Assembly: GCA_043814095.1 (NCBI GenBank)
Contig: JBDRKI010000036.1
Location: forward strand, 1 to 64,000
Source: Armatimonadota bacterium
Lineage (GTDB): Bacteria > Vulcanimicrobiota > JACPDS01 > JBDRKI01
Length of the DNA stretch: 64,000 bases
Reading direction: 5' to 3'
The notes beneath the pieces are model-generated. The model made no database searches. It saw nothing but the letters and a program-made list of their open reading frames with translations, and was not told the DNA's origin. Every line of letters starts with the position of its first letter. Position 1 is the first letter of the stretch. Below, piece by piece: positions 50,194 through 59,922 of this stretch. The translations under genes and the position numbers were made by a program.

Positions 50194-51612
50194 TTAAACT
50201 TTTACTTCTTTTTTTGCCTCGGGAATAGGGCAAGGCTGGTTATCTAAACACAGTTTAGATGTCTTACCGTTGCTTTTATTAAAATAATCTCTTGTTGCCT
50301 TAACGATAATAGGACTTAGCGCTATTAAAGCTATAAGGTTGGGGAATACCATAAGTCCGTTCGTTATGTCAGCAAGGTTCCATATCAGCTTAAGGGCCGA
50401 TACGGCGCCTACGAAGTATAAAGCTACATATACAAGCCTGTATAATATAACTGACTTTTCACCGAAAAGGTATTCCATGCACCTGTCTCCGTAATATGAC
50501 CAGCTGATAGCTGTTGAGAATGCGAAGAGACATATTGCTATAGGAACAATATAAAGGCCATTTGCTATTCCCAGTCCGTTCTGGAATGCCAGGGTTGCCA
50601 GTTCTCCGCTGGTTGTGCCTGTTTTCCATGCCCCGGACACAACTATAACCAATCCTGTCATAGAACATATTATAAATGTGTCAATAAAGGTTTCCAGCAT
50701 TGATACAAGGGCCTGTCTTACCGGTTCTGTTGTTTTAGCCGCCGCATGCGCTATAGGGGCGGAACCCATACCGGCTTCATTGGAGAATAATCCTCTGGCC
50801 ACACCGTATCTCATAACCATAAGTATGCTGAACCCCGCTGCTCCGCCTAATGCCGCCTGGGGATTAAAAGCACTCACTACAACCAGCTTTAATCCGGGTA
50901 TTATCATTTTATAATTCAATGCCAGAACAGCTGCCGCTCCGAGTATATAGAAGGTACACATTATAGGGGAGAGCTTGCTTGCAAACTGGGCTATTCTTTT
51001 TATCCCGCCGATTATTACCAGGAATAATAAAGTTGCCAGTATAAGTCCTGTTACGACAGGAGGAATATTAAATGTAGTTTGTAAGGCCTGGGCAACAGTA
51101 TTGGACTGCACCATATTGCCGATACCGAAGGAAGCTATTACGGTAAATAAAGCGAAAGCATACGCAAGGGGCTTCCATTTAGGACCCATGCCTTTTTCAA
51201 TGTAGTACATCGCTCCGCCGCTTACCGAGCCGTCTTTATGGACAAACCTGTAAAGGTGTCCTAAAAGGCATTCTGAATATTTTAACGCCATTCCGAAAAA
51301 CGCTGTTACCCACATCCAGAATAATGCTCCCGGTCCGCCAAGATGTATCGCGGTTGCCACGCCTGCTATATTTCCTATGCCTACGGTTGCGGAGATAGCG
51401 GTATAAAGAGCCTGTTTATGCGTGATATCACCGGGATCATCGGGATTATCATATTTTCCTGTGAGTATGCCTAAAGCGTAAGGGAGTCTTTTTATCTGTA
51501 TAAAGACAAGCCTTAAGGTGAGGTAAAGTCCCGCAGCCAGCAGGACAAACATTAAAAAGTCGCCCCATACCATAGAGCTTATTTTCTGAATAATGGCATT
51601 TAAACTTTCCAT
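50194..51612 (-). CDS. sodium:alanine/glycine symporter (AGCS family)
   Basis: ATVGIGNIAGVATAI, GGPGALFWMW, GLFSNEAGMGSAPIAHA, FIDT. Confidence 0.95.
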   Translation of the reverse strand: MESLNAIIQKISSMVWGDFLMFVLLAAGLYLTLRLVFIQIKRLPYALGILTGKYDNPDDPGDITHKQALYTAISATVGIGNIAGVATAIHLGGPGALFWMWVTAFFGMALKYSECLLGHLYRFVHKDGSVSGGAMYYIEKGMGPKWKPLAYAFALFTVIASFGIGNMVQSNTVAQALQTTFNIPPVVTGLILATLLFLVIIGGIKRIAQFASKLSPIMCTFYILGAAAVLALNYKMIIPGLKLVVVSAFNPQAALGGAAGFSILMVMRYGVARGLFSNEAGMGSAPIAHAAAKTTEPVRQALVSMLETFIDTFIICSMTGLVIVVSGAWKTGTTSGELATLAFQNGLGIANGLYIVPIAICLFAFSTAISWSYYGDRCMEYLFGEKSVILYRLVYVALYFVGAVSALKLIWNLADITNGLMVFPNLIALIALSPIIVKATRDYFNKSNGKTSKLCLDNQPCPIPEAKKEVKV

Positions 51613-51762
51613 GGTGCACCTCTGTAATCATTAATAAATAATAGTATACCTGGATAATATATTAATAGTCAAGGCAAATCTTGCTGAATTTTGCCATATA
51701 AAGAAATAAAAAAAAGATAAAAAAAGGATTATAGGACATAAAAATAGTAAATAATACTCAGT

Positions 51763-52302
51763 ATGAAAAAAAATCTTGATTTAAACGGAATTTTTAATAC
51801 GGAAGATATAACCCAGAAGCTGGTTAACCATATTAATATAGATGGTAAATCTTATGATATAAGCGGTCTTACAATGGAAGAAAGAGCCAGCCTGCGTACT
51901 TATCTGGATAAATTCTGCAGCCTTAAAGATGGTTTTTTACTCCCTTTAGAGCAGAGAGAGATAAGAAAGGAAGACTTAGCGTTATATGTTAAGCCCCTTA
52001 AAGAAAAATTATCTCTTGCAGTAAATACGAAGGATCCGGGTGAGCTGGAAACACTGTCTAATGACGGAAGTACAGATAAAAATGGCAGGCAGGTTGTTAA
52101 AATAAAAGTTATATCTAATCAATGTACACCGCCTGAGGTTTTAACAGAGCTTTCTTTCCAGCTTGATAGAGATATAGTTCTGGCTCTGGCGGGGAATGAG
52201 AATACCCCCGGTGAAGTATTGGCTCGTCTGCATAAACTATATATATATAATGAACAGATTAAAAATATGATTGAAAATAATCCAAATTACAAAAAGAGGT
52301 AA
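51763..52302 (+). CDS. hypothetical protein with LRV/HEAT-like repeats
   Basis: NQCTPPEVLTELS, LAGNENTPGEVLARL, NPN repeats. Confidence 0.65.
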   Translation: MKKNLDLNGIFNTEDITQKLVNHINIDGKSYDISGLTMEERASLRTYLDKFCSLKDGFLLPLEQREIRKEDLALYVKPLKEKLSLAVNTKDPGELETLSNDGSTDKNGRQVVKIKVISNQCTPPEVLTELSFQLDRDIVLALAGNENTPGEVLARLHKLYIYNEQIKNMIENNPNYKKR

Positions 52303-52307
52303 GAAAT

Positions 52308-54134
52308 ATGCAGGATACTTACAAAAGCAACAGGCTTATTACACAGGAAGACATAAAGAAAATGTGGAGAGCTAACCCGCAGTTCCGTAAGCTGTTAAAG
52401 AGAAGTAAAACTCTTGAAGATGCAAGGCAGAAAATCCGCGTCTATATAAATGAATGTCTGGAATATCTGTTTTCAACCGAGTGCCACCTCCATACTATGG
52501 AAAAAGTAAATGCAAGAGAATGCGCGAGGGCTCTTAGAAATATAACCTCGCCTATAAGCGAGAAAAGAACGGGATTCAGCTCCCTGGAAGTTTTATGGAA
52601 GATTGCAAGAGGAAAACAGGATGAGATAAAAGATGAAATAAAGCTGGGATTTGTAAAAGAGTTTGAACATTTATTTAAAGGTCTTATCGGCAAATCAGGC
52701 ATATATGATGAAGAAAGCGATATAGATAAAGCTCTTGCTCATGCTCAAGGAAGGGATGCCGCAGTTATCCGCTCTAAGATTCTTGATAAAATGTCGGCCA
52801 ATATTCAGAAGTATATAAAAAAATATCCTTCAGGTCTTAAATCAGCTATTGTTAAAAATAGAAAAGAAAACGTAAAAAGAATATGTGAATATTTCGGCGC
52901 GTCTGAAGCAGACTGGAATGACTACAAGTGGCAGCTGAAACATGTTGTAAAAGACGCGGAGATTTTATCTAAATTAATAGACCTTACTCCCGAAGAAGAA
53001 AAAGCGGTAAGGCTTGCCAAAGAATATAAAATTCCGTTCGGCATTACCCCTTATTATATCTCTCTTATGGATAAAGATACTTCAAGAAAATATGATCATG
53101 CTGTAAGGGCGCAGGTTATACCCCCCCTTTATTATGTTGAAAGAATGAAGATGAACAGGGAAGACAGGAAAGAAGAACTGGATTTTATGGGCGAAGCCGA
53201 CACATCCCCGATTGACCTTGTAACAAGAAGATATCCCCAGATAGCCATCTTTAAACCTTATAATACATGCGCGCAGATATGCGTATACTGCCAGAGAAAC
53301 TGGGAGATAGATGAATGCATGTCTCCTCAGGCACTATGCTCGCGCGAGCAGATGGAAAAAGCGATAGAATGGTTCAGAACCCATCCCAGGGTTACGGAAG
53401 TTTTGATAACGGGCGGGGACCCTCTTGTTATGCAGGATGAATTAATTGATGAAATTTTAAGCAAGTTCGCGAAGATAAAGCACATAGAAAGAATACGTAT
53501 AGGCAGCCGCGCGCCTGTCGTACTTCCGATGAGGTTTACAAAAAACCTTATTAATATTATGAAAAAGCACAATAAAACGGGAAAAAGGGAAGTATGCCTT
53601 GTTACTCATTTTGAACATCCCTATGAGGTAACACCCGAGAGCGGCAAAGCCTGTTTAAAAGTTAAAAAAGCGGGGTTAAGCATATATAACCAGCAGGTAT
53701 TTACCCTTGAGAACTGCAGGAAATTTGAGACAGTTGCACTCCGCAAATCCCTGCGCTCTATAGGCGTTGATCCATACTATACTTTCAATGCAAAAGGCAA
53801 AGAAGAAACGAGGCATTACAGGGTGCCTATAGCAAGAATCCTTCAGGAGAGAAAAGAAGGAGCCCGCCTAGTTTCAGGCCTGGTAAGGACCGATGAGCCT
53901 GTATTTAATATACCGAAACTGGGCAAGAATCATTTAAGAGCTCTCCAGGACCATAAAGTTATAATGATAAAACCCAGCGGGGCAAGAGTTTATGAATTTC
54001 ACCCATGGGAGAAGAATATAACTTTAACTTCATCTTATGATTATGAAGATATTCCCATAATTGAATTTTTAGAAGAGATGGAAAAAAGGGGAGAAAAGGT
54101 TAAGGATTATAAAACTATATGGTACTATTTTTAA
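52308..54134 (+). CDS. KamA-family radical SAM/PLP aminomutase, long form
   Basis: WNDYKWQL, ITPYY, RRYP, CAQICVYCQR, LITGGDPL, RIRIGSR, HFEHPYE, LGK. Confidence 0.9.
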   Translation: MQDTYKSNRLITQEDIKKMWRANPQFRKLLKRSKTLEDARQKIRVYINECLEYLFSTECHLHTMEKVNARECARALRNITSPISEKRTGFSSLEVLWKIARGKQDEIKDEIKLGFVKEFEHLFKGLIGKSGIYDEESDIDKALAHAQGRDAAVIRSKILDKMSANIQKYIKKYPSGLKSAIVKNRKENVKRICEYFGASEADWNDYKWQLKHVVKDAEILSKLIDLTPEEEKAVRLAKEYKIPFGITPYYISLMDKDTSRKYDHAVRAQVIPPLYYVERMKMNREDRKEELDFMGEADTSPIDLVTRRYPQIAIFKPYNTCAQICVYCQRNWEIDECMSPQALCSREQMEKAIEWFRTHPRVTEVLITGGDPLVMQDELIDEILSKFAKIKHIERIRIGSRAPVVLPMRFTKNLINIMKKHNKTGKREVCLVTHFEHPYEVTPESGKACLKVKKAGLSIYNQQVFTLENCRKFETVALRKSLRSIGVDPYYTFNAKGKEETRHYRVPIARILQERKEGARLVSGLVRTDEPVFNIPKLGKNHLRALQDHKVIMIKPSGARVYEFHPWEKNITLTSSYDYEDIPIIEFLEEMEKRGEKVKDYKTIWYYF

Positions 54135-54239
54135 TATAAAAATAATAAATTTTAAAGGAAAAATAAAAAAAAATAGAGAACTTATTATTAAAATTAAATA
54201 ACAATATTTTTTTAAATATCAATTAAGGGGGTATTCTCC

Positions 54240-56378
54240 GTGAAAAAAAATATTTTACTATGGCTGATTGTTCTATTTGTTTTTTCCGGTATGGTTTTTT
54301 CCATTAACGGATGTGCAGGGATTGCAAGTACTGTTTTAACAGCTTCAGGTACAACAGGGGGGAGCCTTTTATGCCGTGTTCTTGTACCTGTTGCCAGAGA
54401 TAAAGCAGAAACCAGGGCGGGCTACCAACCCTTACAAGGAGCCCGGGTATCTGTTGTGGGTTTGAATAAATATGCTATAACTGATCATAATGGTGATGCT
54501 GTAATTAACGGTGTTCCCGGGGGAACATATAATGTTACCGTAGGCAAAGACGGTTATGAGACCCTCACCTATACGGGCGTTAGCGTTAATAATACGGCAA
54601 GCACCAGAGTTGGATCTTCGAATGGTGTTGATATAACTACTTCATCTGATCCCGGCATTCTGGATTTAAGTTCTTCAAGCGGGCAGGTAGGTACGCCCGT
54701 AACAATTACAGGTACTAATTTCGGGGCATCACAGGGAACCTCAACCGTAACATTTAACAGCACAGAAGCAACCGTAACCAGCTGGTCCAGCACTTCTATA
54801 AGATGTACGGTACCCGGTGGTGCTACAACAGGAAATGTTATTGTTACGGTAGATTCTACTGCAAGTAATTCCGTAGCGTTTACAGTTTCTGAAGCTGGAG
54901 AAGCCGGTTCTCCCAGTATTACAAGCCTTACTCCGACAAGCGGGGAAGTAGGGGATTCAGTTACAATAGCCGGAGAGAATTTCGGTTCTTCCCAGGGCTC
55001 GTCAACTGTATCTTTTAACGGTACAGAGTCTACTTCCATAACAAGCTGGTCAGATACCCAGATTGTGTGTACCGTACCTACAGGCGCTACAAGCGGCAGT
55101 GTGTTTGTAACTGTAGATGGTACTTCTTCAAATGGTTCTACTTTCACTGTTGAAAGCGGTGGCGGGGGAAGTGTGACTCCTTGGGTGAAGTCATGGGGCG
55201 CGGCAGGAGTTCATGAATATGCCAGAGCGGTTACAAGAGACAGCTCTAATAATGTTTATGTAACAGGAGATGTTGGGGGGCAGATATTAACTATAAAATA
55301 TGATAGCTCAGGCGATATTACCTGGAAAAAGAAATATACGGGTGCCGGCACAAGCAATATAGGCTACGGCATAGCTGTTGATTCTTCAGGTAATGTATAT
55401 GTAACCGGGAGATTTGAAAGCGAGTTAATTCTTATAAAATATGATAGTGACGGAGATGTTGACTGGGCTAAGAAGTGGGGAGGAGCAAGTACCGATATCG
55501 GTTTCGGAGTTGCTCTTGATAGTTCCGGTAATATTTATGTTGTCGGTAAATATTACTACAGTGTGGCAAGCAAGAATTATCTGGCACTTTTAAAATTTAA
55601 TTCAGACGGAGATCTTTCATTTGCCAAAGTCTGGAAGGATAAAATAGGTACTAGTAATGTAGCTATAGATATAGATGGCTCTGATAATATCTATATAGCC
55701 GCAGATACGCAGGCATTTTCTGTCTGGACGGATATTCTTCTTTTAAAGTGTAACACCGATGGTGATCTCGATATGCAGAAAACCTGGAGCTCTTCAGTTG
55801 AGGGTCTTGGTTTCGGCAATGCTATAGCGGCAGATTCTTCAGGTAATGTTTATGTTGTCGGGACCTCAAATGGCGCGGAAGGAAACCCGTTTGCGGGGGT
55901 GCTCGTGAAATTTACGGACGGTCTCGATAATTACGGCGGAAGTGTTGCCTGGGATGTTAACGGTACATCTGAGAGATTTAACGGAGTAGATGTAGATGGT
56001 TCCGGATATGTTTATACCGTAGGATACATTGATAATTATACTACGGCTTGTTATGTAAAATACAGCAGTGCCGGAGCGGTACTGGCAGAAAGCGCTTGGG
56101 GTGGTTCACGTGATGATAATTTTGATGCAGTGGAAGTAGACAGTTCAGGCAACATGTTTATTGCCGGTTATACAAAAAGCGCAGCTCCGGGCTGGATAGG
56201 GGTTACAAAATCTACGCCTGCTATTGTGGGCGAGGTAACAGTAAGAGCTACCGACTGGGGTGCTGCAGCAGGAGCTAGTTTAGCTCCGGGCGCCGGTGAG
56301 AGCAGTATTCCCGACGGTTCTACGGGTTATCCTTCGGATAATTATGCTAATACTGTTACTGCGGTAGTTACTCCTTAA
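54240..56378 (+). CDS. surface lipoprotein: carboxypeptidase-regulatory-like + 2 IPT/TIG + SBBP beta-propeller repeats
   Basis: GTG start, lipobox INGC; VTITGTNFG...SWS..I.C.VP twice; repeated DSSGNVYVTG. Confidence 0.85.
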   Translation: MKKNILLWLIVLFVFSGMVFSINGCAGIASTVLTASGTTGGSLLCRVLVPVARDKAETRAGYQPLQGARVSVVGLNKYAITDHNGDAVINGVPGGTYNVTVGKDGYETLTYTGVSVNNTASTRVGSSNGVDITTSSDPGILDLSSSSGQVGTPVTITGTNFGASQGTSTVTFNSTEATVTSWSSTSIRCTVPGGATTGNVIVTVDSTASNSVAFTVSEAGEAGSPSITSLTPTSGEVGDSVTIAGENFGSSQGSSTVSFNGTESTSITSWSDTQIVCTVPTGATSGSVFVTVDGTSSNGSTFTVESGGGGSVTPWVKSWGAAGVHEYARAVTRDSSNNVYVTGDVGGQILTIKYDSSGDITWKKKYTGAGTSNIGYGIAVDSSGNVYVTGRFESELILIKYDSDGDVDWAKKWGGASTDIGFGVALDSSGNIYVVGKYYYSVASKNYLALLKFNSDGDLSFAKVWKDKIGTSNVAIDIDGSDNIYIAADTQAFSVWTDILLLKCNTDGDLDMQKTWSSSVEGLGFGNAIAADSSGNVYVVGTSNGAEGNPFAGVLVKFTDGLDNYGGSVAWDVNGTSERFNGVDVDGSGYVYTVGYIDNYTTACYVKYSSAGAVLAESAWGGSRDDNFDAVEVDSSGNMFIAGYTKSAAPGWIGVTKSTPAIVGEVTVRATDWGAAAGASLAPGAGESSIPDGSTGYPSDNYANTVTAVVTP

Positions 56379-56398
56379 TAATATAAGGGAATTATATA

Positions 56399-56434
56399 TA
56401 AAGGGCGGTTTATTTCCTAATAAGCCGTCCTTTT
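56399..56434 (+). terminator. rho-independent terminator
   Basis: AAAGGGCGGTTTATT...AATAAGCCGTCCTTTT. Confidence 0.7.
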
Positions 56435-56626
56435 ATAATTATATATATTATAGGAAGAAAGTAGAAAAGAGCAGGTAAAAAGAAGGAATAAGAAAAAAGA
56501 AGGAAAAATTAATTCTACTTAAGAATATTTTGCCTGAACTTGATTTTTTATTTTTAATATGTATAATAGTGATACTTGTCTTTTTTTAAGTATTAATAAT
56601 ATATTAATTAGGAGAAAGGTAGAATT

Positions 56627-58072
56627 ATGAACACACAAGCTTTAATTTTACTGATTGTCTTTATTCCAGTCCTCGGTTCACTTATTCTTCCCCTTCTTGG
56701 CAGACTCTCACCCCGTCTCAGAAACATATGCAGCTTGATCTTTGTATCGGCTTCATTCGTGTTCTCGCTTATGCTGATCCCCCACATTAACGCCGGTGAA
56801 CCTGCAACAATAAGGTTCAATTTTTTATTCGGGCAGGAGCTTTTCCATGCCGATAAGCTGGCAATTTTTATGGCGCTTGTATCAACACTGGTAGGCGCCA
56901 TTATTGTTCTGTATTCATTCGGGTATATTAATCCTTATAAGAACCAGAATGAATACTACTTTATGGTTGTGCTCTTCTTGGGTTCAATGATGGGAATAGT
57001 TTTCTCGTCAAACCTAATAATTCTCTTCCTTTTCTGGGAGATAACAGCCATAGCATGCTGGAGGCTGATAGGTTTCTTCAGGACTCCCAATGATGTTGTA
57101 AGAGCCGATAAAGCGTTCCTGGTAACAGTATTTGGTGCTCTTGTCATGTTATTGGGCTTTTTTGTGGTATACCAGCAGACAGGCACATTTGATCTTCTGG
57201 CCATAAAACAGCATCTTTTAAACGGCCATATTTCAAATTTAGCTATTTTCCTTATACTCTTCGGTATATTATCTAAGTCAGCTACACTGCCTCTGCATAC
57301 ATGGCTGCCTGACGCAGGTGTCGCGCCGTCACCGGTAACGGCATTGCTGCACGCCGCTGTTCTTGTTAAGATCGGCGTTTATGTGTTTGCAAGATTGTTT
57401 GTAATGACTATACCGATAGAAGTTATGTGGCATGAAATTGTGCCGTGGATAGCCGGTATAAGCGCTATTGTTGCGGCAGGCGCGGCTTTAATAGATACCG
57501 ATATGAAAAGAATCATTGCTTATTCAACAATAAGCCAGATAGGATACATCTTTTTAGGGCTTGCGATAGGAAATCCCATAGGAATTGCAGGCGGGCTTCT
57601 ATATATATTAATGCACGGTCTTGCAAAAGGAGGCCTCTTCTTATGCGCGGGCATTGTTGAACAGAAAACCCATGTAAAAGATATAACAAAACTGGGCGGA
57701 CTTATAACGGTTATGCCCATAACCGCCATATCGTTCCTTTTCTGTGCGTTATCGGTAATGGGAATACCGCCTTTCGGAGGATTCTTCAGTAAATATATGG
57801 TTATTACAAGCGCGGCAAACGCTAAGGATTTATTCATAGCTCTTACGTTTGTTGTCGGCGCCTTTTTAACTATTATATACCTCTTCCGCCTGTTTAATTC
57901 AATATTTATGGGAGATATAAAAGTGAAATCGGAAAAAGAAGGCACCCCGGGTATGGTTTTCAGCGTGGCGGCACTGGCAGTGCTCTCACTGCTTGCGGGC
58001 GTCTTTATAAATTATTCTTCAGACTTTGTTCAGTCAATAGTGAATGAAGTTTCTAAGGTGGTGTTAAGATGA
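56627..58072 (+). CDS. antiporter-like membrane subunit (NuoL/MrpA-D family) of hydrogenase complex
   Basis: FLFWEI, KSATLPLHTWLPDA, ALLHAAVLVKIG, AYSTISQ, GFFSK. Confidence 0.9.
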   Translation: MNTQALILLIVFIPVLGSLILPLLGRLSPRLRNICSLIFVSASFVFSLMLIPHINAGEPATIRFNFLFGQELFHADKLAIFMALVSTLVGAIIVLYSFGYINPYKNQNEYYFMVVLFLGSMMGIVFSSNLIILFLFWEITAIACWRLIGFFRTPNDVVRADKAFLVTVFGALVMLLGFFVVYQQTGTFDLLAIKQHLLNGHISNLAIFLILFGILSKSATLPLHTWLPDAGVAPSPVTALLHAAVLVKIGVYVFARLFVMTIPIEVMWHEIVPWIAGISAIVAAGAALIDTDMKRIIAYSTISQIGYIFLGLAIGNPIGIAGGLLYILMHGLAKGGLFLCAGIVEQKTHVKDITKLGGLITVMPITAISFLFCALSVMGIPPFGGFFSKYMVITSAANAKDLFIALTFVVGAFLTIIYLFRLFNSIFMGDIKVKSEKEGTPGMVFSVAALAVLSLLAGVFINYSSDFVQSIVNEVSKVVLR

Positions 58073-59913
58073 GCTCAAGCATTTTACTATATCTTATATT
58101 ATTACCTGTAATAGCGGCTGTTGCTGTTCTTCTTTTAAATAAGGTTAAATATATAAAAGAAGCGATAGCCCTTATTGTAACAGCTGCTGTTTTAGCCGCA
58201 GTGATAATGATCTTTAACAAAGATATGACGCATTGTGTACGCTGGTGCGGTTTCGGGCTGGAGATGTCGCTGCGTAATTACAATTTCAGCAGTTTTATAA
58301 TGCTCTTCGGCGCGGGATTCGCGTTTCTTATAGCTCTGTATTCACTTACATTTATGAAGGGGAAAGAGTACCTTAACCAGTTTTACGCGTACCTTCTCAT
58401 AACACTCGGCTTTTTTAACGGGGCTGTATTATCAAATAACCTGGGTTCGCTTGTGTTTTTCTGGGAAGGACTGCTTATAGTGATATTTGGTTTTATCGTT
58501 ATAGGCGGCAAACTTTCCTTTAAAACAGCGGTTAAGGCATTTATCATATCCGGTGTAGCGGATATATGCTTCATACTGGGCATAGGTCTTACATATTATA
58601 TTGCCAAAACCCTTACAATCTCAGATATACATATGCAGATTACCACATTAAGCAGTATAGCGTTTATCTTCCTTATAATAGGCGCTGTCGCAAAATCAGG
58701 AGCTATGCCTTTCCACAGCTGGATACCCGATGCGGCCCTCGATGCTCCTCTGCCTTTTATGGCATTTATGCCCGCTTCATTGGACAAGCTTCTGGGCATA
58801 TATTTCTTAACAAGAATAGTTATGGATATTTACCAGCTTAATCCTCACACATGGCTAAGCACGGTACTTATGATTGTGGGCGCTGTTACAATTATACTTG
58901 CCGTTATGATGGCTCTGGTACAGAAGGATTATAAACGCCTTCTTTCATATCACGCCATCAGCCAGGCAGGCTACATGGTGCTCGGTATAGGTACATGCCT
59001 GCCTGTCGGTATTATCGGCGGTATATTCCATATGGTAAATAATGCATTATATAAATGCGGGTTGTTCTTAACAGGCGGCGCTGTTGAAAAACAGACCGGC
59101 ACAACCGACCTTAAGAAGCTCGGCGGTCTCGCAAAGTTCATGCCGATAACATGTATATGCTTCCTTATAACAGCGTTCTCAATATCCGGGTTCCCGGGAA
59201 CCAACGGATTTTTCTCTAAAGAGCTGGTATATGAAGCCGCTCTGGATAGAGGATGGATATATTACGCGGCGGCGCTTGTGGGAACTTTCTTAACAGCTGC
59301 GTCATTTTTAAAGCTCGGTCATGCGGCTTATTATGGTAAAGCCACGGCAGAAACAAAAAAAGCAAAAGAAGTAAACTGGACAATGAGCGTGCCCATGCTG
59401 GTAATAGCGGCGGTTTGTTTACTGTTCGGTCTTTACAACGCGCTCCCGATAAGGGATATGATCCAGCCCATACTGGGAGAGGCCATGCTCCACGGACATA
59501 ATTACGGAGGGATGCCTACAAGCTGGTTTCTGGTCGGTATGACTGTTATTGCTCTCGGGGCAGCGGTCATAAACCATATTTACGGCGTAAAGAAATCAGG
59601 ATCGGGGCTCGGCGCTTCAGATCATATACATAACGCGCCTATTCTTTCCGGTATTTACGCTAAAGCGGAAAAAAGATATTTTGACCCTTACGATATAGGG
59701 CTTAAGATAGTTGATGTTATAGCGAATATATCCTGGTATATAGACAGAGCTATAGACTGGATATACGAGAAACTTGCGGTAACGGTAACTTTTTCGTTAT
59801 CGCATCTTGTGAGAAGATTTCAGACAGGCAACTATACCGCGTATCTTTTATGGTGTATAGCGGGAGTTATAGTTGTTGTCTGGGCATTTTTTAGAATGAC
59901 TTATAATATATAA
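58069..59913 (+). CDS. antiporter-like membrane subunit (NuoL-like)
   Basis: FFWE, KSGAMPFHSWIPDA, KRLLSYHAISQ, GFFSKE, C-terminal amphipathic helix. Confidence 0.9.
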   Translation: MSSSILLYLILLPVIAAVAVLLLNKVKYIKEAIALIVTAAVLAAVIMIFNKDMTHCVRWCGFGLEMSLRNYNFSSFIMLFGAGFAFLIALYSLTFMKGKEYLNQFYAYLLITLGFFNGAVLSNNLGSLVFFWEGLLIVIFGFIVIGGKLSFKTAVKAFIISGVADICFILGIGLTYYIAKTLTISDIHMQITTLSSIAFIFLIIGAVAKSGAMPFHSWIPDAALDAPLPFMAFMPASLDKLLGIYFLTRIVMDIYQLNPHTWLSTVLMIVGAVTIILAVMMALVQKDYKRLLSYHAISQAGYMVLGIGTCLPVGIIGGIFHMVNNALYKCGLFLTGGAVEKQTGTTDLKKLGGLAKFMPITCICFLITAFSISGFPGTNGFFSKELVYEAALDRGWIYYAAALVGTFLTAASFLKLGHAAYYGKATAETKKAKEVNWTMSVPMLVIAAVCLLFGLYNALPIRDMIQPILGEAMLHGHNYGGMPTSWFLVGMTVIALGAAVINHIYGVKKSGSGLGASDHIHNAPILSGIYAKAEKRYFDPYDIGLKIVDVIANISWYIDRAIDWIYEKLAVTVTFSLSHLVRRFQTGNYTAYLLWCIAGVIVVVWAFFRMTYNI

Positions 59914-59922
59914 GAAGAGAGG

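Noticed and set aside
51613-51762. Glycine riboswitch upstream of the AGCS symporter
   Set aside because: The leader is short and AT-rich, without the GGAGA...CCGAAG...CTCAGG core
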